Source: Lingula anatina (lineage: Eukaryota > Animalia > Brachiopoda). From it: DNA of 64,000 nt. Numbering within the stretch: the first letter of the stretch is position 1; the number at the start of each line of letters is the position of its first letter. The DNA lies in contig CM120641.1 in assembly GCA_051362555.1 (NCBI GenBank), positions 17,794,001 to 17,858,000 on the forward strand, given 5' to 3'. Both the position numbers and the translations under genes were made by a program. Shown one piece after another: positions 1 to 11,313 of the stretch. The notes under the pieces were generated by a model, which made no database searches, was not told where the DNA came from, and saw nothing but the letters and a program-made list of their open reading frames with translations.

Positions 1-148
1 TATCAAGAGGTGTGCTAATCTGTTGAACTAAATGAGATTCAGACCCCTCTGAGTTGGATCAATCTAAGAAGACAGATAGTCTCAATGTGAATGAGCCTTT
101 AAATGAAACAGTGCTGCACAACACACTAATTGTAATTCTGTCTCTTAC

Positions 149-2640
149 CCAGAATTCAGGAAATAGACGACACTTAGGCTCTCAGGGAAAGTCTCAATGA
201 GTCTTTTAGCATACTCTGCCACCACATCATTCAGGAAGCCACTGCCTGTGGTCAGTTTTGCCATCTGTTCCTGGCCTGCACTGACCACTTGTGGGTGGCA
301 GTGACCAACTGCAATAGAACATATCATATTCAAGAAAAAAAAAACTTAAAATGTGATTATATAAGGGGCAAATTTGTGGGATTTGATTGATGTCTTATCT
401 AGTCCAATTTCTTTAAAATCCTGTGCTTTTAAATGAAAAGCCAAGTGTGTGATTTTAATTTCATTGCATCATTTTAAATGGCTGGACTCTGGACAACATG
501 AAAAAAAAATTGCCAGTGACTGAACTAATTTTTTTGGCAAATTGGTTTATGGATAGTCTTAGCTGAACAATAAATATTGTCCCTCTTCAGAGAATTTATT
601 TTTTCATAAACAAAATAAAAATCACTATTTGCAAGACAACTTTTCTGTCATTAAAGTACAAAGTATTAGGATGCCCCCAGCTATTCCCCTGTCCTGTCCT
701 TACCATGTGAGATGTTATTGACACAGTCCAGGTACTCCTCTCCATTGTCATCATACACATACTGCTTAGAGGCACAGACAATCTTCAGTGGAGCTGCTTC
801 AAAATGAAGTTTGCATGGTTTTCTGAAATTCATCATAAGACAATCCTATAATTGGTACAATGTCTGATGCAATTTACCTAGAATTACCACTTTGACAACA
901 TCTTTGAACTCTAATTTTCTTAGCACCCTGGACTAACCCAGGATGCTTTGTAATAAGCTTCATAATTTATACTATTTCTCTGAAATACTATTTCCCCAAG
1001 AACTCTTGGCTGACAATTTTAATAAAGAAAACTCATTATGATCTAGCTATATGGTTTCTAGGTAACAGCTACATGGTAAGCTCTAGTGGTATTTAACTGA
1101 AATCCCCAGTTCATTCCCCATTTGTTGTATCTATTGCATCTTTATCTTAATGATGAAAATGAGATTATGAGGATTTTACAGAGAGTCGATTTAAGTGCCA
1201 ATCACTCCTTTCCACTTCATATAACTAAATATTCTTATTTTATAACAGCTTTGTGCTATGTCAAGGATTTTCAAAAGATAACTGTCAGCAAGGGTGTATA
1301 TTCTGGAGAAATCAATACATAGCATATGTGTCATACAAACTTTGCTACTGTGACAGCCATGTAATAATGTAATTGGAGATGAGAGAGGCAGGAAAGTGCA
1401 GAATATTGATTTTTTGCACAATGGAGTCTTCATTTCTTTGCCACTTAACACAAAACATCTTTCAATCAAATACAAAAAAAAAAAAAAAAAAAAATCTATT
1501 GCGTACCCTCTAATTTGTCTCTCACTCTTTCTTATTAAAATGTAAATGTTTTCTTTAACAAATTAAAAAAAATATGTAAAATGTTTTTCCTCCTAAGTTA
1601 TTTATTTGTGAATAAGAAAATTATCTATATTACAAAATATTCCATCTGATAAGTAGCCTAATCACTCCAGGTTCTGTACGACCAGAATCATGATATTATT
1701 AATAGTTGTACAAACTAACTTGAGAGGGGCTTAGAGAAGAATTAATTCACTGACAGAAGAATTAATTTTAGGTCTGTGTGTGTTTAGGAGGTCTATATCT
1801 GAAATCTTATTTACTACTGTTTTGGACAAATCACTCATTAGCGAGTAACTTGCATTTGCAAGCAAGTATTTGACTTAAATTCTGGTTGCTGAACCATACT
1901 ACCAAGTGCAGAAAGTTAACATTGGGCACTGTTGAGTAAAATTAGGCACTGAAGTGAGATTTGAAATTACTAGTAGCAGGATTTTGTCACTTCCAGGGAC
2001 ATGTAAGATACTGCGTAATGTTTGGGCAGTGTAATCAACAATGAATTCCAAGTGTCAACATGGTTTTCTGCTTTGCTTTTGGAATACGTCCAGAAAAGCT
2101 TTCGGCAGGTTTTGACAAACATATAAACAATCTTGTAAACAAGATGGCGGGGCTGTCCTTGGAATTAGGAATGTCACAATATTCACCGTATTATATATAT
2201 ATATATATAGGTGATGACATGCAACAGAGATTTCTGTGCCCTATTGTGACCATATGACCAATCCTATTGTAAGATTGTATTTTTTTCTTTTTTTTTTTTT
2301 TTTGCTATGAAAAAAATTGACTAAAATTCGGGACCATTTAAAATCTGTCTGGATTTCAATCTTGCCTGCGCCATGACTACCCGCTAATGTCAGGGGCCTC
2401 TTAACCGATACAATAATTATGTAACAAACTACCCTCAATGGTCAGAGAGTGAGTCACGAATCTAAACTTCGTCTTATATGTGTATATTCCCTTCAGATTT
2501 AATTGTCTTCTCACCAAAAGGAAACATACGTAAGACATGAGTGCTAAAAAGCTAAGAGACCAATTTTAAATCTTAGAATCTTACCCTATGTAATTTCTTC
2601 GCATTTGGAGAGACTGGCGATAATTGAACTTTTCAGGCAT
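149..2640 (-). CDS. ETNPPL: Ethanolamine-phosphate phospho-lyase / 5-phosphohydroxylysine phospho-lyase family (AGXT2L, class-III PLP enzyme), first three coding exons; gene continues beyond the left edge
   Basis: Exons 2640-2585, 822-704 and 308-149 with GT-AG sites join in frame to [67 protein letters not shown]...YFLNSG, matching the ETNPPL/PHYKPL N-terminus (YLDCxNNxxHVGHCHP, xFxNSG). ETNPPL versus PHYKPL cannot be resolved. Confidence 0.85.
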
Positions 2641-3241
2641 ATTTTTCGTGGCTTCCTTATGTCCACTACACTACCGCAGACGCGATAATGTATGTGAGCT
2701 CCTTAAGGATGAAATATTAACATCACTGTCTTCTTCTGCCTGCGAACCAAAACTGAATTCATCACTCTTTTCTGTTCTTTTTACATAACACACAGTCAAG
2801 CAAAGTAGGTCAAGGTACAGTAAATATATAACATAACATTAGCCCAAATTGTACATTTTCCTGTTTGCTTTATCGAAGCATATCAAAAGTATATGATATG
2901 TTCTAAATAGTGTTAAAATTCAGTATTAAAATGAGCTTTGTTTTGTTTTTATAGCTTATAATTACGTTTTATCTATTTTTTAATATTCACGATGATAGTT
3001 ATTTTTCACAAAATCCCATTTTGGGCTTGGTTTGTCCTCCACATAAGGTCACACTTGCGTAAACAGACCACATTTGCTTGAAGTAAGCAAGAGAATATAC
3101 GTATAGATATACATTAATGATACTAATTATTCAAGACAGAAAAAAGATCACATTCTTATTAAAAAAGAAATTTAATGGTGATTCGAAAGGTGCAGAAGAA
3201 TAAAACTGAGCTTTGTTCAGCTGTCGGTCTTTAACAAGAAG
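2641..3241. promoter_or_regulatory. Putative bidirectional promoter between ETNPPL-like and IVD
   Basis: Divergent start codons about 600 bp apart; AGGTCA half-sites near 2808 and 3046; YY1-like AAGATGGCG overlapping the IVD ATG. Confidence 0.5.
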
Positions 3242-6200
3242 ATGGCGACGACCAGGCTGGTGCTTAGACGTCTCGGTCAAAGTGTCCTCAGCGCCCCTTT
3301 AAAGAAAACGAGACCGATTGGAATTTTGCAGCACAGGTGCTGCAGTAATTTTTACCCTATCAACGACGATGTATTTGGCCTAACCGACGAACAAAAACAG
3401 GTAAACATTGGTGTCCAAAAAAGACTAAGTAAAGACCTACATGTACGGCACTAAAGTGAAATTATTCACAATCCTACCGGTACTTTTCCCATAACATTAA
3501 TCTAATAAAGCTTGTCTACTTGTACATATTTCCTCTCGGAAAGATTGTAAACTTTGTGCATGTATCATATTGAATATATATTACACATAAGCATCATTTA
3601 CACTCCAATTAAATAATCCTGTACCTTCTTCATGTGCCATCACCGATGTGGTGTTTGACCAATGTTGATATTTTGCCAAAGGTTTCTGTTTCTCGCTCAT
3701 GACCAAAGATGTCATGTTGACAAAATGATCAAGGAATGCCTTTCTTTGTCTCCCACAGGTACTTTTGCCAGGTATTCTACCAATTAAGGGACCTATAAAT
3801 ATTATGTAGGATGTCCATCAAGTTCCTTACACGTTTGTATTGTACATGTATTTTGATCCAAGAACAAACTAGGTCATTGTTTTGATAACTCAAACTGAAG
3901 TGGAAAATGCAGTGGAGCAGCCTTTGTATCAATGGAGAATGACAAATTAAGACGTGATTTTCTTGTTTATCTAGGCCTTAGAAACTACAACTAACTGGGA
4001 AAACCACTTTCTTACCATTTGAACCCTTTAAAAATTTCACCTACATAAATACAATATGTCAGCCACACATTTAATTTTGCATTCAGCTACATGCACATCC
4101 TGTAAGATATGTCTATCAAACCAAACTTTCTTCACTCTTATGGTATTGGAGGAGAAAGCAGAAATTGCAATGTAAAAAGAATTAAGAATCAACCATTTCC
4201 GAGGGATAGCACAACCCCAAGTTGGTCTATCAGTCCCCAAAGTTTCAACTTCCTACCTGTAATGGTCAAGGAGGAGATAGCACAAATTACTTAAGCACAC
4301 AAAGGGATGCGCTGACTGATGGAAGGGCAGGGTAACATGATTCCTGAATTTTGTCCCAGAAGTGCAGGGATTATTAGAGATAAACTGTTTTGTTCCACTA
4401 GAGAAGTTCTACTGACAGTATTAATTTTTATAGACACAAATCATGCAATTTTGTCAAAGATGTTAATATGTATACTAGTAGACCAGAGACTCCTGCATAC
4501 TATTTTAAATTTAATAAGTAAGATTTTGTATTTATTTCAGCTGAGGGAGTTAGCATTCCAGTTTGCACAGAAAGAGCTGGCACCACATGCTGACAAAATA
4601 GACAAAGAGGATTATTTTCCAGAGATGAAGGTAAAAAAAAATTAGCTTATTGTAATGTTCACATTTTATTGAGACACTTTTCCTACACAGCCTCTTAAGA
4701 TGAACATACAAATCGTATAAAATTTCTGACTGTGATTCATCTTGATATAAAGGTATTATGTATATTGGTTTTTTGTATCAAACCAAACATGCATTTTCCT
4801 TTTGGGGTGGAGGGGGCAATTTTCTCCTACTCCCCAATCATTGATAGACCTGTCCCTGCTCTTGCATTTGATATATCATGTCATTTTTTGTTAAATTAGT
4901 TTTGCCAGATATAAGACTGCCATGTATTCCTGTACAGTTTATTTCTGAAAATAAAACAATTTTCCACAATTTTATCTGCCAACGATATTATGGATATATT
5001 TACTGTGATCATTGATCGTTTGATTGACCATGGTACAATACAGTTCCTTGGATTGACAGACCACAGAGTTTTGTCCCTGGACACCAGGGTCTAAAAATGC
5101 TGATGACCAAACTAGCTTAAATGGATAAGTCTAAGATTTTTAATATCTAGACGAGATTGTGATTTCAGTCTAACATGGGCTGGCTAAAAATCTACCTGGA
5201 CTTCAATCTTTCCAGTGACATATATTCTGGTTTACACACTTTTTTCTTTCATTGTAAGCTGAAGTGGTAAAATGTGTTAGAAAAAAGTGTTTTTACAAAC
5301 TCTCCATTGTTGAATTATTTTACAAAAATATAATTGCTTCAGGCATGTTTGTGTATCTGTTTAATTAATAAAAGTAACATGATCATTAATATACATGCAT
5401 AATTGTAAGTGCTTGTTTTTTCTTCTGTTACATAAATGAATTGAATGTCAAGTGTAATTTCTGTAATTGATGCTAAAAGACTGAATGGGGGTATACTTGT
5501 CCTGTTTGATATTGATGTTGAAATATTAAAGCTGGGACAAAAATGCACATTGTTTAGTTAACTGACTTGTTCTCATTGTAAATGTCTTGTTTTTTTTATT
5601 CTAAGCTGAGTAAATCCTTTAGTTGGTATGAAAAATCTGCTACATTGCTCATACCCATATTTTTGTTTTTAATAAAAAGGATTTCTGGAAGAAACTGGGA
5701 GAACTTGGATTTTTGGGAATTACTGCACCAGGTATAATATTAACATGATACAAAAAGTACATGCACACACAAAAAGTAATTAAATGTGAAAAAATGCCAA
5801 GATATGAGTTTAACCTGCCAAAAACCTTAGAAATAACATATGACAAATTCTTCTATTATTATCATCATCTTAAAAATGACTTGTTAATGAGCCATTCTAT
5901 ATTGATCTCAACAATGTCTTGTCATATGCTGACAAAATAGTTTGTTTTTATTTTGTTTGTTTAAGCTTGGAAGCTGAATATCCAAAATAATGGTTTAACC
6001 CCTCTCTCTCTCTCACATTCTTTTATTCCTTCCTATTTAATTTTTTTTCATCAGGAGAGTATGGTGGTGCTGAAGGCAGCTACATGGACCATGTGTTAGT
6101 GATGGAGGAGCTGTCCAGAGCACATGGTGGCATAGCGCTGAGCTATGGAGCACATTCAAACTTATGTGTCAATCAGATTGTCAGAAATGGAAATGAGAAA

Positions 6201-7363
6201 CAGAAAGCAAAATATTTGCCTAAGGTATGTGTAGAAATAGAGAACTTTTGTTAAATAAATCCAGGACCTGTTAAATGTTAAGTTCTGGAAAATGATTTGG
6301 TCAAAAATGCAGTAATTATCGTTTACCAATTGTTATGAAGTTCCATCCAAGTAAAGTTTGTAATTTATACGTTTGTATTTGGATATGCATGTGAGTCATG
6401 GGGAAGGTAATTTTAGGCTTCGTTCACATGCAATGTCTATTTTCTATTTTCTATTTTCGGTATGTCTTATGATCACGGTCTGTGCACTGAATATCCCGCC
6501 GCGTAATTACTGGCAGCGCGAGCCAGTTACTTATAGTAACTTATAGTAACTGGCTCGCGCTGCCAGTAATTACGCCGCGGGATATTCAGTGCACAGACCG
6601 TGATCATAAGACATACCGAAAATAGAAAATAGACATTGCATGTGAACGAAGCCTTATATATTAGTCTTTTATCCTCAAAAAAATAGTTAAACTAAAACTA
6701 CCAAGAAAATTTTTCTCCAAGGTTCACAGTAATTCAGTTGATAAAAATTGAGCAAACATTATTGTTTGAGTGACATAAGATAAGACTTTCTTACATAAAA
6801 AGATTTTCTACATTTCTGGCATTTTGTTTGGTGTATGGGGGACTGCCATGCATGTTAAAATTCCCTGTTGAAAAAGTCATCATTTTACTTCAAAATTTCC
6901 AATCATTATGTGTAACAGGCATTCATTTTAGCATCCCAAAGCCTGACAGTATTCCCTCTGTATTTCAGTTAATCAGTGGTGAGCACATTGGGGCCCTAGC
7001 CATGAGTGAGACCACCAGTGGCTCAGATGTGGTGTCCATGAGACTCACTGCAGAACACAAAGGTAAAAATAAAGATGACATATGTATTATACCTAAAGTA
7101 TAAATATATTTCATTTTATTATTTTTTTTGTCTGATTATTTTATCAGTGGGGCATTTTTTTTCCTTTAAAGGAAAGTAGATTATTAGTTTCTGATCTTTT
7201 TACAAGTCTAGAATTTTGATAAATGAGTTTTGAAAAAATTCTATATATGCTTTATAAGTCCCTTTGTAAAATTTCAATTGAATATGCTGATGGTTCAGTG
7301 CTTTTCTCAGACTGTCTTGATTTAGTGACATAGTTTGGAGAATTGATGACATTCTATGCCTTT

Positions 7364-7431
<68 letters not shown>

Positions 7432-10400
7432 CCACTGGAATAAGTTTTCTTGTGTTTTTATATGGTAAGTAAATATGTTTATGTTAAGTGTGATGTAATA
7501 TAATTTGTATTCTACCCCTTTCCCAGGCGACCACTATTTGCTGAATGGTACCAAGTTCTGGATCACAAATGGCCCGGAGGCAGATGTTCTTGTTGTTTAT
7601 GCTAAAACAGAGCCCAAAAAGGCACAACATGGAATTACCACTTTTCTTATTGAAAAGGTTCACTCAACTTATTATATAGCACCGTAATATGAAATAAGTA
7701 AATGATATGCCATGTTTTCAGTTTTGTATAACTACAATCATTGTCCATGGATTCTTTTTTATGTATGAGTAATCCTGGAGTTTAAATGGAATAAGGGACA
7801 TACTTTGAATCCAAATGACCAAATAACCTACTTTTGATAGACCTTTCCTAATGTTGAAATGAAAATTACTGACATTTAAAAAAAAAGTTTTTCACATTTG
7901 TCACCATTTATCGTATCTGGACTCTAGCAGTCTGTATCATTAATTTTGTTTTGCTTAGTACCTGTATTTATGGAATTTTTGATGTCTAATTTTATATATT
8001 TAGTATTTTCAAACTGACAATTTACTTGTTTTTTTTTTGTGTTTTTGTAGACAATGGAAGGTTTCAGTGTGGGAAAGAAGCTGGACAAACTGGGGATGAG
8101 GGGATCCCCCACTGGAGAACTTATTTTTGACAATGTCAAAGTGCCAGGTGATATTTTTTTTACTTTGTTTAGGTGTGGAATCCTTTTAAAGGTGTGACAG
8201 AATAGCAAGTTAAGAAAACAAACTGTAATTTTGATTTTGAAATGAATTTGCCCACCAGATAAGTTATTAAAAAATACAACAAAAAACACTGCTTGTTTCT
8301 CTAGGCATTCTTTATTTCTTGTAAGATTGAATTTTTTAACCCGGAAAAAATGAGTCATGCATGTGCTTTATGGTTTTCTCAAAACTTCCATTTTTACTTT
8401 GAAGAGGAAAATATAATTGGTGGTGAGGGGAAAGGCATATATATCCTGATGAGTGGTTTGGATATAGAGAGAGCATTAGGAGGGGCAGGATGTCTTGGGT
8501 GAGCACACCTAACACAATGAGCACAATCTGACACACCCACACGCTCCCATTAGGACAGACTCCTACACACTGCAGGGAAGGGGGTAGGTTGGTAGGGAGT
8601 CCAGAGTTCTGATGGTATGAGTCCGTTTTTAGTGCGCCCTGATAAAAGAGATAATCAATCACTGCTTTTCTAATTCTCTTGATCTGTGCTTGTAGTGGAA
8701 AATGTGGTTGGTGAGACAAACAAGGGGGTCTATGTGTTGATGAGTGGGCTTGATATTGAACGGCTGTTCCTAGCTGCTGGCCCAATAGGGTAAGTGAAGG
8801 GAGGGGGTCATCAATATTTACAACAACACTGGCATTGTGTGTGCCAGTAAAGCAAATTATATGCAGTAGTTTTTGTCTCCTTTTTTTCAGTAACATTATT
8901 ATATTGATTTTTTTCTTACATAACAGTGATTGTGGTATCCGCACATGCACAAAACAAAATTTTTGTTTGTTTTCAATATAATGGGAAAAACTGCGTTTTA
9001 ATAAAATGCTAAAAGGATTTAGAGAAGTCACATTTAACTTACAGTATTATGCAAGCTGCCTGTGATATGGCTTTCCAATATGCTCATGAAAGAGAACAAT
9101 TCAACCAGAAGATTGGAACTTTCCAGGTACTTCGAAATATTTTATCACCAAATTGAATATTCATCACTAAAATCTATCAGAAGTGCTAAAACCCTTTCTG
9201 TCAAAAATAGATTTAAAGGGATAATAACTCTTTGTATGAGATCTATATTTCACAATAAAAACATTGAGAATAACTCATAGAAATATAATATATTCTGTTT
9301 TACCACAAAAATGGCAGTTATAGCTATTATTCTGATATCTGAGCTTATCTTTAGACCATGTGACCTCCATGGATGGCTATACTCTGTTAAAATCTCTTAA
9401 GAGATTTTAACAAAAAACCAAACTTTTTAGAAAAAAACCAGGGACTAACTTTGAATGTAAAAATGGATTCATTAACCATTGGTAAGTATGGGAAAATTGT
9501 TGTTTACTCCAGGAAAATTCATTTTTTGGCCGAAACGAAGAGTTATTATCCCTTTAACAATCATTCATCAGATTTGTACAGTTTTGAACTTCAAGTTAAA
9601 GTTGTACTGTGAAATAGTTTGTCTTACAATGGAAGACTTTGTATCAGTTAAAACTATGTACAGTAATTTTTTAATTAAACTTAGTGATAATCTGTTCCCA
9701 GTTACTCCAAGGCAAGATGGCTGACATGTACACTATCCTGAATGCCTCCAGATGTTATGTGTACAATGTTGCCAGGTCCTTGGACAGAGGGAATGTCATA
9801 CCCAAGGTAAGCACAGAAATTAGAACTTAAAAACTCACTGTCAACATCCTTAGAGACTTTGTCTTGGCAGGCCAAGTGCCTCAGTGTTTGCGTCCTTGGG
9901 ACTCTGTGTAGGCAAGCCTAACACACTAAGTGGCTAAATGCTAGCACACTTTTGTTTCCTTACATATAAGAATGGATTACCAAGAATGTTGCCTCATTTT
10001 ACCAAGAGTGTATTTATTGTAATACTTTCTTGATTGTATTCACGCACGACACGCACAGAGAGAGAGGTCTGATCCTTTGTTCAGTGCAGAACTTTGTGAA
10101 ATAGACTAATGTTTTAAGCATTAGACTTTATATTGCTGTTTTAGTAAGTATTACAATGTAAGTATTACAATTAAACCATTGTATCTCTCTTTAATGTAAA
10201 ACTGTAGTGAGATGAAAAGGACAAATTACATGAAAATCAATGGACTATTTTAAGATAAAACAGCATTGTCTTACCTATTGATATTTGATTACACTTCAGG
10301 ACTGTGCTGCTGTTATACTGTACACAGCTGAAGCAGCAACAAAAGTTGCATTAGATGCCATTCAGATACTGGGTGAGTTGAACTTTTCTTTTTTTTTTAT

Positions 10401-11313
10401 GTTACAGGTAGTGAAATTGTTTGTCTTGTAAACAGTAAATTGCTCATTGTCAACTAAGTGTGCTAATACTGTCAAAGGGATAATGGGAAATATAAAACAT
10501 ATAGACCACAATGTGAATTGTACTTTTGTTGTTAGGCAGATCTCATGGTGAAGAGATATAAACAGTAGGTTCTGGTATAATATTTGCCTTGTTGCGTTGT
10601 TTAAGGAATGTCACATATGTGCCTCTACCAAGTTGTATTTATGGGGAGCGTATGATATGGAAACATTGTATAGAACTAAACCCAATCAAGCATGCAACTG
10701 GTTTCTGTCATGTCACTTCTTGAACTGACATTTAGTTTGACAGTTTGATATTATTAACAGTGAATTCAAATTACGAACATTTTCAGGATTAAAGTTAGAT
10801 ATAAATAGCCACTTTTGTTGTTATAACAACTGCCAAGGCTGTCCAGTAGTCAGTGTGTTAAGGGGTAGCAGTACACTAACATTTACAAATATTTAGTACA
10901 ATGCAGATATCGAGTAGTACAGAGCAGGCTATACAGAGACTTTTCTCCACCAAAAAAAAAAAAAAAAAAGGAAAGAAAAAGAAAAAGAAAAAAATTAAGT
11001 TTAGTCAGTGACCTTGTTGGTGCCTCCATAACTTCTTTGAAATGAAAAAAGAAGTCACATGATTTCAAGTAAAAAGCTTATGTCAATGTGGTGATTTTTT
11101 TCAGAAAAAAAAGGTGATATTCTTCAGAATGAAGACAAAAATTCATCAATTTTTGGTCTATTTTTAGGTGGAAATGGATACATTAATGATTATCCAACAG
11201 GTCGTTTCCTCAGAGATGCCAAGTTGTATGAGATAGGGGCTGGTACCAGTGAAGTGAGAAGACTAGTCATAGGCAGGAGCCTTAATGCTGAGTATGGTGT
11301 AAAATCAAGGTGA
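3242..11313 (+). CDS. IVD: Isovaleryl-CoA dehydrogenase, mitochondrial (12 exons, with a duplicated exon 8)
   Basis: Exons 3242-3400, 4541-4630, 5680-5731, 6055-6224, 6969-7062, 7527-7657, 8051-8147, [8405-8498 or 8696-8789], 9045-9126, 9702-9806, 10300-10372, 11168-11313, with consistent phases. Arg/Leu-rich targeting peptide; motifs [52 protein letters not shown], and the IVD-diagnostic YEIGAGTSE. Confidence 0.97.
6416..6653. mobile_element. Palindromic PIF/Harbinger-type MITE in IVD intron 4
   Basis: Near-perfect 238-bp inverted repeat GGCTTCGTTCACATG...CATGTGAACGAAGCC flanked by a TTA duplication (6413-6415, 6654-6656); related copy at 24381-24616. Confidence 0.85.
7367..7428. repeat. 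(TC)n microsatellite
   Basis: Pure TC dinucleotide run in IVD intron 5; it explains the spurious (RE)n ORF. Confidence 0.97.
8405..8498 (+). CDS. IVD: IVD alternative exon 8a (variant active-site exon)
   Basis: 94 nt, acceptor tttactttgaag, donor GG/gtgagc, phase 1 to 2; encodes [32 protein letters not shown]. Confidence 0.85.
8696..8789 (+). CDS. IVD: IVD alternative exon 8b (canonical-like active-site exon)
   Basis: 94 nt, acceptor tgtgcttgtag, donor GG/gtaagt, phase 1 to 2; encodes [32 protein letters not shown]. Confidence 0.92.
9217..9553. mobile_element. Kolobok-type MITE (337 bp) in IVD intron 9
   Basis: TIR AGGGATAATAACTCTT...AAGAGTTATTATCCCT, TTAA on both sides; highly similar 337-bp copy in the opposite orientation at 32471-32807. 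Confidence 0.88.

Noticed and set aside
7200-7430. ORF with an (RE)n repeat
   Set aside because: Translation of the (TC)n microsatellite.
8336-9031. 231-aa minus-strand ORF over the IVD duplicated exons
   Set aside because: Non-ATG start, low-complexity intron-like translation and no recognisable domain; an antisense shadow of the exons and G-rich intron.
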